From positions 19,011,457 to 19,075,456 of the forward strand of contig OZ316892.1 of NCBI GenBank assembly GCA_973895155.1: a stretch of DNA of 64,000 bases. The letters are read 5' to 3'. Positions within the stretch are counted from its first letter, which is position 1. Each line of letters begins with the position of its first letter. This stretch comes from Marsupella aquatica. Lineage: Eukaryota > Plantae > Marchantiophyta. The notes beneath the pieces are model-generated. The model saw only the letters and a list, made by a program, of their open reading frames with translations. It was not told the origin of the DNA and did no database searches. Positions 11,305 to 21,282 of the stretch are shown piece by piece. The translations under genes and the position numbers were made by a program.

Positions 11305-12942
11305 GTTTCTAGGTCAGGATGCTTAATATAAGGAAATTCAATTTTCACTTCGTTCCCAGCTTCTACTAATTGAATATACACGAGATGGAAGCAAGAAGAT
11401 AAGCCACAATCTAGCATCTTAGCCAAACACATTCGTCCCGACAAAGCAAAACTACAATCACACAGTGCGAGTTGTGTCTGCACCGGCACCCCCAGTGAGA
11501 CTGATCAGCATTTGGACTGCATCATTGTCTAGAGCTAGCAGTGGAAGGAATCAACATAGCTAGCAGTGGAAGGTGCAGTGGAGATAGCATGGGGACAGGG
11601 AAGGAAATGCAGGTTCCTTAAGCATAAATTTCCAAAAATGGAACAACAGGAAATGAAGAATAGGCACTGAAGCGGTCAACTAGACAAACGTTGTAACAAG
11701 GCAGCAAGCATTGGATTAAGAAGAAGCAAGGTTTCATCAGCAGAAGCAAGGTTTCATCAACAATGGCATTGTGAGACAAACCACTCCTTACAAATTTCTA
11801 CAGACATCCTCCCCACTTGCAGCTTCTCGGCCAGGCTGGATTTCTTGTAAGACAGGTTTCTTGTAAGAAAGATTTCTTGTTTGGTGAGGAAAGATCAAAA
11901 AGCAACTGATCAATGCCTTCTTGTCATCTAGAAGAGCTGGATGCAGCCCTGTCTCACATTTAATGTTAAACTGAATGAAAGACATTATGCGCATGCACAA
12001 AAGAAAGACATGAATATAATTAAGGTAGGTTTTAAGGAGCGGAGTCAGCAGTCAGACTTAGAAAGTTCAAATTGAAGCGCCATTAGTTTGGCGTGGTCAA
12101 GAGTAAATAAATGTTGGTCAGGGATACTCACCTCTTTTGAATGTATTACTGACTCAGCTAAGCCCAGCTAGACAGAAGTCACTCAGACCCACAAAAAAGT
12201 GAAGATCCACCTCCAAGCCGGAGCTCTATCACTTCAGTAGAGCAGCTTCTGGACGGAACCAACTCTAATCAGCCCCACAGAACACAAATGTTAAGGCTCC
12301 AAGTCAGAGCTCACTTCAGCCGAGGTGGACATCGCAGCTAGACCATTCAGTATAGGCAGTATGGAGCCTGAGACTACGCTCATTGTTCAGAATTGAGGTG
12401 ATGAAAGTGAGTTGGCATCAGTGGATACAATGAGAGGGGAAAAAATTCTGACCAAATCACACCTCTATAATCAGAGAGGTTCTATTTCCAGGGAACTCAT
12501 TCATTGACCAGAGTAATATGGCCCACATTTAATTAGACTATGATAGACTCTTCCTCTGCAGACTCAAACTCGAGGAACCCCCACGGATGCCAGCATATAC
12601 ACGAGCTAGAAGCAAGAACACAAGTCGCAATCTAGCATCTTGGCCAAACACATTCTTCCTGGCGATAGTAACTGCAAGCAAGGGGGAGACAGGGAGAACA
12701 AGGAGAATAGGGAGGCAACTCACAATGGAGCTAGGTAGCTCATGATCAAGCAACTTGCAATTGCAGCAACAGTAGTCTTAGTAGCAAGCGATTGAGCTCC
12801 AGGAAATGACAAACCCGCAGCTGAGTCCTCAACTGACAAAATGTTCGCCACTCGACCCTCCTTCCAACTGCAACCGCCAGATAGTAGGAATAAGATAGAG
12901 AGGTTGCAGCCTTCTCAGTGATCCAATAGCACCTCTCTTACC

Positions 12943-13200
12943 ACCTCCGCTCTTAGCACATCCGCTCGCACCTCCGCTCTCAGCACCTCCTTTGGCACCT
13001 GAGCCGCTCTCAGCACCTCCGCTCGCACCTCCGCTCTCAGCACCTCCTTTGGCACCTGAGCCGCTCTCAGCACCTCCGCTCGCACCTCCGCTTGCACCAC
13101 CTCCTTTGGCACCTGAGCCGCTCTCAGCACCTCCGCTCGCACCTCCGCTCGCACCACCTCCTTTGGCACCTGAGCCGCTCTCAGCACCTCTGCTCGCACC
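12943..13200. repeat. GC-rich 57-bp tandem repeat (about 4.5 copies) in the CACTA 5' region
   Basis: TTTGGCACCTGAGCCGCTCTCAGCACCTCCGCTCGCACCTCCGC... recurs at 12991, 13048, 13105 and 13162. Confidence 0.95.
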
Positions 13201-14494
13201 GCCGCCCAAACTGAAGCTACGTAGCAATCCTCAGCAGTGTGTGACAGAAGCACTCCACTCCAGCTCCACTCCGCTCGAGCTCCACTCCAGCTGCTCTCCG
13301 CTCGTAGCTCCTCGGCCAGACCGGCGGCCAGAGCAGCTCCCAAATTGCAGCTCCTGCCCGCCCACAGCTCCTCCCAGTCCTAGAGCTCGTCGTCCACTGC
13401 AGCTCACCTCTCCACTCCGCAAGCCGGTCGCCCTCTCAGCTTGAATGCTCTAGAGCTTTGAAGGTAAACCTTCAAGCTCCAAGCACAAAACTCCCCTACG
13501 CGAAGGAACTGCCCCGATCACGAAGCACACTCCCCACTTTGTGAGACCACGCACAATGTGACAACCTTCAGGCACGACGAATGTCCCCGTAATGGACAAG
13601 TGAGTTTTTCTGAAACAAAACCCTCCGAGTTCCCACGCACATTGAACTGAACTTTGCATTCTGCTGGCGTGTTTAAACCCTAAACAAAACCCGCGCACCC
13701 TAAACTCGTGTCCAAAGGCACACTCCCGCACAAAGCATACCTTAACACTTAGTGACACTTAGTGAACCAAACCCAATGAGCCTCGACCACTTTGCGTTGA
13801 CATGAGCCGTTGATACACATGTTAGTACCCTAAAGCAAATTGGACACGACACTTTGTGAGCAAAGATTAAATGAACGCAACTGTAACCTCTTAGAACGCA
13901 ACTGTAAATTAACCCTTACACATGCCACTTAGGGAGGGTGGACAAAGAATGGGGGCCAGACACTACTTTAGCCCTGAATTGAAAATGATATCACCCCAAT
14001 ATTCTTGTCAAAGTTGCCCATGAACTCTAAGGAATCCATTGAGCAGCATAAGACTTACTATTATAGAGGCAAGTACTCCCATGCACGTTTAATTAGGCTA
14101 GCTAGGATAACTAGCTACAATGCTCTTGACATGAAGACATTTAACTAGTTCTGCAACCCTAAACCCCCATTCCTTCTATGTGCACCTAGTGCTCCCGACT
14201 CCGCAAGTTGCAAGTCAAGGGTTGTAAATGGAACATTCCGTGATGTCTAGAGTGCATGTAATCCTTCTTGCACTCTATTTCAGAATGCCGTAATGGAGAG
14301 TAGCTTATTCAACTTACATATGACTGCCCTACTAGTGTTACAATTGCTACTTTATCAGAAGTTGTAGGAATGACTTTCACAAATATCCCCCAAAAATCAG
14401 TTGATAAAATGTAACAACAATGACTCCCCTAAACTTGGAGTCATGTATTTTTGAAAGTCTCCCTAAAGTCACAAAGCATAGGGTCTCAAAAGGG

Positions 14495-14511
14495 GACGTT
14501 TTCTTCTAGTG
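14495..14511 (-). repeat. CACTA terminal inverted repeat (5' terminus)
   Basis: Plus strand GACGTTTTCTTCTAGTG is the reverse complement of CACTAGAAGAAAACGTC. Short GACACTT/CCACTT motifs cluster subterminally at about 13745-13970. Confidence 0.8.
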
Positions 14512-14915
14512 TGAGAAAAATATGTGAAGATGAGGAAAAGATGTTGAGGGTGAGGGAAAGATGTTGTGGTGAGATAAAAATGTGAAGTTGAGAAATAGAT
14601 CAGATTTCGAGGTGAAAACAAATATCAATGACAAAAAGAGATGTTGAGGTGAGACAAAGAAGTCAAGGTGATGTTGAGGAGAGAAAAAACATGGCGAGGT
14701 GAGAAAATGACGTTGAGGAGAGAAAATATGTCGAGGGTGAGGGAAAGATGTTGTGGTGAGATAATGATGTCAAGGTGAGAAAAGATGTCAATTCAGGTGA
14801 GAAAATATATCAAGGACCTAAACGATGTTGAGGGTGAGAAAAAATTGTCATGAGATAAAAATGTCAATGTCAGAAAAAATGGCGAGATGAGAAAAATATG
14901 TCAAGGCAAGGTAGA
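14512..14915. repeat. Purine-rich minisatellite (about 19-21-bp unit, GAGAAAA..ATGTTGAGGT-like) abutting the CACTA terminus
   Basis: Degenerate tandem copies such as gagaaaaatatgtgaagat, gagggaaagatgttgtggt and gagaaaatgacgttgagga. Confidence 0.85.
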
Positions 14916-16992
14916 GTTGTTGTGGTGGTGTGCAACAACTCGTGCACTGCACATAGAAATTGGAGGCTAAGATAATAGTCACCGCAACATAGAGTCCAAG
15001 CACAACCAAGTGATAGAAAAAATTATTTTAAAATTTAAATTTTTAGAGAAATTAATATCATATATACATTATTAATACTCAAGTTTTTTCAAACTTTAAA
15101 GTTCTTATCCAATTCTTTAAGTCTCAATTTGAATAATTATTTTTTAATAATATTCAATTTTTTATTTTTTATCTTGGTTGGGTTGAGGTAGGTTATGGGT
15201 AGCTTGGGCAGAGGTAATCCAGATTAATAGAGATATGGATGGATCCTACATTTACAGAAAAACAAATTTTTACTTAAGACCTAGGATTGTTCCCATTTTT
15301 TCTTGAGTTTGTAAATAGTACCATATCCATTTTTAGAGGATATGGTATATCACTTATGATACTCTTGCATACAACTGGGTTAGGTACATTTTTGTCTTTT
15401 GTTCCCACGTTATATTCTTTTTTGTGTGAAAAGTGCATGCAACAGGGTTAGTTACATTTTTTGTTTTTTGTGTACACCAATTGATTACTGTTTGTGTGAA
15501 AAGATTTACTGTACTTTTTGGTTAACACTATATTTAATTTGCTTTTGGTTTTATCCCTTCTATTTATTGGTTACTTCTTTTCTTGGCACTGTATTTTTGA
15601 ATGACGACCACTGCATAAAAAGGCGCAACCTTGTATTATAGTTCTTGATAATGCAAGCAACTCTATGAGTATTAGTCTATGTTGATATTCTCCAACTATA
15701 TCATCAATGTTTTGTTAAGAAGATGTTGCCTCATTAAAACCCTCTCATACTCCTGAGCTGAGAGAAAGAGTACAACCACCTTTTACAGATGTAAATCTAT
15801 CATATGGTAGTAATTATGAGTGTCTAATTATATACTCAAAGTTTAGACAGTTTTCTAATGCCAATACCTTGACAGTGAACTTGGTGTGTGTTGTTGGAGG
15901 TAAAGCCTTTGTAAATAAGTCAGCATGATTATCCTTGCTCGCAATTGCCTTTATGTTGATGTTGTCTCCTTCTTGCTCATGAGTGAAGAAAAACTTTGGC
16001 GCAATGTGCTTGATCCTGTTGCCTTTGATTTTGACACCTATTCAACACATGCAAGGTTGTCTTTGAATAACACTGTGGGTTGGGTTAATGCTGGTAACCC
16101 ACAATTACTATTAATATGGTTAATAATTCTTTGTAACCATATGCATTCTCGACTTGCTTCATATAATGCAATTATTTTGGCGTGGTTTGATGAAGTGCAA
16201 GTTAGAGTTTGTTTCTAAGTGCTTTTCCATGATATTGTTGTAGTTCCGTATAAAAATACATATCCAGTCTGAGATTTGGCATCATCGGGGTCGGATAAGT
16301 TACCAGCATCTGCATATCCTGTTAATGTCAGACCAATGTGATTAGGGAAATATGTCCCATATCAACAGTTTGTTTTAGATATCTAAAAATTTGTTTAACT
16401 CCATTCCAATGGCGTATAGTGGGTTGTGCACTATGTCAAGCCAACAAGTTCACGGCAAAAGAGATGTTGGGTCTGGTCGGGGGTCTGGTTTGGTTAGCTA
16501 AAAACATTAAGGCTCCAATGGCCAATAACTAAGGTTTCTCTGGTCTTTGTGCGTTTTTGAAATATGTCTTTATCTTGATCAAGAGATCGTATCTCCATTG
16601 GAGAGGTTACAGGATGTGCAGAGTCCATATGAAATTGTTTAAATATCTTGGTGGTATAGGTACTTTGGTGTAAGAGTATGCCATTGTCCAAGTGTTCAAA
16701 TTGTAGACCTAGACAGTAGTGGGTTTTGCCCAAGTCTTTCATTTCAAATGATCTGGTTAGCATGTCAAATGTATGTTTAATTAACATTGTGTGTCCAAAT
16801 AGGTTTATATCATCAACATATATGGTGACGAAGATGAATTCTTTATCTTGGTTCTTGATGAATAAGCATGGTGCTATATCTTCATTTATATATCCCATTT
16901 GTAACATCTTGTCTCGAAATCTCTGGTATCACATTCTTCCGCTTTGCTTTAGTCCATATAAAGATCTCATGATTTGGACAACATATTCATCC

Positions 16993-17881
16993 CCCTGGGC
17001 CCTCACTAAGGGAAATGTAATGAGACATACCTGTGACTGAAGGCCCCCCAGGTACCCCTTGTTATATTTTGGAAGAACATTAAAATGTATCTTGTTCGTT
17101 CTAAAAAGAATTTTCAGTCCTATATAAAACTTACCTATGTTATTGTAATCAAATAGATTTGGGGATTTAAGACACCCTCCACTTGTTATAAAAAAAATCT
17201 TTTGCGAAGAGATTCAATCATGAATGCACATTTTATTTAATGTACCATTAAGTGACATGTACACTAAACAAACATATTGCCATATATTATTTGGCAATGT
17301 GTGAAAGCCATTGGGGCTTTAGCACACAAACATCTAATTTCAACTACATACGGGACTGATATCAAAGTTCTCCAGAAGATTCCAACAAAATCTCACTACA
17401 AGACATTAGAGGTGACATTGCACTTAACAAGCCAAAGAAGTCATCCACTACTCCTGTCTGTAAAGTGCCAGACATCTTACTGGGCCACAGATTTTTAATG
17501 TTACTCCATACATATGGGATGGGAGCATCCACTTCTGAAAACTGAGAGCAAATATTACAAATACTGGAATCACCACTCAACACAAACCCATTGGGCTTCA
17601 CTATTGTCCTTCTTGAAATTAGAACCCCCTAATCCACTGGTGTGATGACATGTGGTCCAATGAACAAGTGACGCGTGTCATTAGGTATTACCATGGCCCT
17701 TCAGTTCATTAACTTTGGGACACATTTTAAAAAGCCCTTCACCTCTTCTAATTGGTTGCAAATATAAACAAGGCCCTTGTTGCTTAGAACGGTGTTATAA
17801 TATTATTCACGGATTTGATATTTAATACCCATCGGACGTTTTCATGTATGTTTCATTATTTTGTAAGCTGAGGGCCCAGGG
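16993..17881. mobile_element. Non-autonomous TIR element (889 bp), 13-bp TIR, 8-bp TSD
   Basis: The ends are CCCTGGGCCCTCA (16993-17005) and TGAGGGCCCAGGG (17869-17881). The TSD ATTCATCC is at 16985-16992 and 17882-17889. Removing the element restores the Copia RT frame PLAKDEYVVQIMRSLYGLKQ. Confidence 0.9.
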
Positions 17882-18508
17882 ATTCATCCTTGGCCAGAGG
17901 TATGGATTTATGTATTGGAGAGACTATAGGTCCACTCCATGGTGTCTCAAGGACTATAGGTTCATGACTTGTTTTCCCTTCTTGGGGTCTTTTAGTGGTA
18001 GTAGATGTATTATGGGTTGATTTCTAGATGGTATGCTCCCCCTGAATATGATAGGTATTTCAACTGATAAGCTCTAGGGGGATTTCATGTATATAGTGGT
18101 ATCCAGTAAACTATATAAGTATGTTGTAACCACATCCATTTGGTGCATGATTAATTTATGGCTGAGTGAAAATCCAATAAGATATAGGTACGTGATAGCA
18201 TCATAACTGGTGCGTATGTCAAGTTAAAATCATGTCCTGGGATTTGGGTATATCCCTTAGCAACTAGGTGTGCTTTATATCTGGCTACTTTGCCTTGTGC
18301 ATCTCACTTTTCATGAATGTCCACTTATATCCAGTTAAGTGGGTGTCTACTGGTGTGGGTATAATAGGTCCAAACACCCGTCATTTAATTAACAAATCAA
18401 GTTCTGAATAAATTGCTTTTCCCATTCCAACCAATTTGGGCTGCTTTGTGCCTCTTTAATGGTTTTAGGATCCAGATGGTGGAATATTATTTATCTCTTG
18501 GGAAATTG

Positions 18509-18840
18509 CTCGGGGGGGGGGGTCACTTCCACGGAAGTGACACATCACGTGCGACGAAGTATAGGCCCATTTAAATGGGTGTGGCGGAAGACTTCCAAAG
18601 TTTGGTGGAAGAACACATAGGGCATGTTTTATTGATTGGTCGACTTTAAAGAACACATAGGCCTATTTAATTGCAAAAAATACTTTCTATAAAGTTTTTA
18701 GGGGTTTTTTAATAAAAAATGACAAAATTTTAAGAAAGAAAGGGCTTTGCAAAAAAATATTTTTCACTTTAAAGTTAGAGGGGTCAAACCCTAAAACGTC
18801 GCACGCGATGTATGACCCTCCATATAGTGACCCCCCCGAG
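18509..18840. mobile_element. MITE-like TIR element (332 bp), CTCGGGG...GGTCACT family, 8-bp TSD
   Basis: CTCGGGGGGGGGGGTCACT at the left end and AGTGACCCCCCCGAG at the right end. The TSD GGAAATTG is at 18501-18508 and 18841-18848. Confidence 0.9.
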
Positions 18841-19399
18841 GGAAATTGCATACGCAAATGTATTGTCAAGAGGTACTGTGTGTCTATTCCAAATGGTTCC
18901 CGTATTCATATAGTGAATAGATGTCTCTTCATTGTCCGAGGTGTTCATAGGGTCCACTAGGGGTATTACCTCGGGTAGGGTGATGGTGATGGTGGTCTAG
19001 AAGTAGATGCCCATTTTTGTCTGGGCTGAGTATCTTTAGCTCCCACCGGTCTACCGTGTTTCGCTCTCGATGGTTGGTCGCTTGCAAGTTGTAATGACTT
19101 TTGTGAACGTGCAGGGGCATTTGCAGCAGGTATATATGAACATGTAACCTATGCAATGTCAGTAAATGCATTTGGCATTTGCTCCACTGTCCGTGTTAAT
19201 TGTATGATACGACAAACTTCATCTTTGCATTGTCATGTTTGTGGGTCGTTCCAAGATGTAGAGTTAATTTGTCATCTTCACTCCAGTTCTTGTGGTCTCT
19301 CAAATGGTTGTTTCCCATCAAATAATTGGGGGAAAATGTCCTCGTAAAAGTGACAATCAGCAAGATACACGGTAACTTTCTTACCAATTCTTCCTCCTC

Positions 19400-21000
19400 C
19401 CCGCAGGAACACAAAACAAAACTCTGGAACTGGCATCGATCGACCCCTTCGCTGCTCCTGCAATTCTACGTCTAAGTCTAAAGGTGGCTGCATTGGCCAG
19501 ATCATATGGTTCGATCATGCTATATGGTACATGGCTAATCACCTTGAGCTATTCTTTACTGTGTCGTCTACACAGGCTCGGCTCATTCTAATGATGAGCT
19601 TCTTAGGAGGAGAAGCACGTGGTGTGGTATTGGACCAGGTTGCATTCTTTTTTACTAGACAAATCTTACTAGAAGCTCCTTATGATTTCTGCTTAACTGT
19701 TTCTTGTGCTTTTCTCCACTTAGTTCTTGTCTACAAATCGATCCTTGGTGCTTCAATTCGTTCGTCATGGAAACGCCTTAGTCAATTTGCTACTGCTCAT
19801 TATCTCTTCCTCAATTCGTGATACTCTTGCAGGTCTCCTAGGTCTGGTTGAAGCCTCGGGCAGTAATCACTGCTATCAGAAGACTCAATTGAATTGCGTT
19901 CTCTGTTCTCTCAGGTTTGTTTTATTTGCTGGTCCTGGGGTGTTTTTATGTCTTCAATTTCCTCTTCTCACGAATTGTCGCTCTCCTGCCCAGTCATTTT
20001 CCTCCATTGTAATCTTCTCCATACCATTGTTCAGCCGGTCGAGCGTGTTGATAACTTGTTGAGTTATAAACATTGTATGAATGAATCAACAGCAACTCTC
20101 TTCCTCCTTCTCATTTGTATATTTGTGGGAATACATTTAGGTCTTAACCTGTGTTGGGGTAACTATGGGTTATAGTAACCGTGGTATACTAATATCTCAT
20201 AACAATTATTTATCTATGCAATGCGCGAGCTACCTATTTATTAGAGTGATCCGGCCCTGAATGACAGACCAGGCTGTTATTCCAGATTCCCAGATGAGCA
20301 ATCACATTCGCAATCACATTCGCAGACAACTCTACTTCAGTTTTACTTGTTTGTCAGCATTGAACGATTCCGTCAGTCCGTGTATCTTGCAGGAGTTACT
20401 CGTCAAATCCGGTAGATATTGTTTCACTTCCGGGTCATTTCCTGCGCGCGGAACACGACTATATCTGTAGTTCTATACACATGAAGCATGCCGCGGACTG
20501 AGGATCGAAGGTCGTCAGGAGCTGAAGTCACGTCACCGAGATTTGGGACATTCTTATTTTCTATTCTATTCTATCTATTTTCTTCTATTCTAGTCTGTCT
20601 GTACATAAATATCAAGAAAAGAGAAACAGACAGTGACCTTTCGGATTGGGCTTCTCGGTGTTCCGGGTACACCAATTAAAAAGGTGCTGTAGGTCCTACC
20701 CTTCCAACAGAAACAAACAATTATCTCGTGTACGTATCGGTGAAACGTGCATTCGAGGTAGGTCCTACCCAAGCCAAGTAAGAACATACCTTAGCAAAGT
20801 GTGAAACAGACGATGGGCCCAACCGAGAGACAACTTAACAAATTGTGAAGGTAAGTCGAGTCATAAGGATTAAGAGAGTCACTCACAGAAATAGACCATC
20901 AATAACAAATTAAGACCAAGAGCCCCTTCCCAAGTTCAAAGAGGAGTCCAATTGCACAAACTAAGCTGAAAGAACCCAATGTCCTAGGGTTCAGTATAAG
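19400..21000 (-). mobile_element. Probable degenerate LTR-retrotransposon gag/leader/LTR remnant
   Basis: Purine-rich, stop-riddled coding-like strand on minus, followed by leader/LTR-like sequence with internal short repeats. No diagnostic motif was recognised. Confidence 0.3.
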
Positions 21001-21140
21001 GCACCGAAATGACCACCAAAATCTCTGAGTTTATGAGTTTATTTTGACTAGATTATCAATGCTTGGACAATCAGTTTATTTTGATTAGGTAGTAACAGTT
21101 CTAACAATAAATACGAAAAAAGGCAAGGAAAGTATAGGGT

Positions 21141-21282
21141 AATGCAGGGCGCAGGGTAACTAGGCTGTAACCTTGCGTCCGGAATATGAAAAGAAGCTAA
21201 CTGACGGCAGCCGGAAAGCTTCTTTGAATATTCCGGGAGCAGGTTACAGTCTGTAACCCCAGCCTTGCCCTGCCCTGCACTA
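21141..21282. repeat. Imperfect inverted repeat (fold-back / MITE-like)
   Basis: The left arm TGCAGGGC..CTGTAACCT..CCGGAATAT..AAGAAGCT pairs with the right arm AGCTTCTT..ATATTCCGG..AGGTTACAG..GCCCTGCA. Confidence 0.75.

Larger units (their letters stand above)
1..14511 (-). mobile_element. CACTA (En/Spm) DNA transposon, 5' part, at least 14.5 kb; the 3' end lies beyond the window start
   Basis: The minus strand begins CACTAGAAGAAAACGTC at 14511, close to the En/Spm-type TIR CACTACAAGAAAA. A different repeat starts abruptly at 14512. TnpD-like and TnpA-like genes lie inside in the same orientation. The second TIR and the 3-bp TSD (would be TGA, 14512-14514) cannot be checked here. Confidence 0.85.
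15680..19400 (-). mobile_element. Decayed Ty1/Copia LTR retrotransposon (probably Bianca-like): integrase tail, RT and RNase H; interrupted by two TIR insertions
   Basis: Motifs with stops and frameshifts: ADCHFYE (about 19350), YKAHLVAKG (about 18270), SLYGLKQSGR (about 16950), IYVDDINLFG and MKDLGKTHYCLGLQ (16494-16907), and LTGYADAGYLSDPDDAKSQTGYIF (about 16255-16330). Confidence 0.88.

Noticed and set aside
12943-13200. Regularly spaced repeats resembling a CRISPR array
   Set aside because: The units are contiguous with no unique spacers, there are no cas genes, and the context is eukaryotic.
12829-13444. Gly-rich, Pro-rich and Ala/Glu-rich ORFs in three frames
   Set aside because: They are artefacts of a GC-rich 57-bp (19-codon) tandem repeat, with no good start context or domain.
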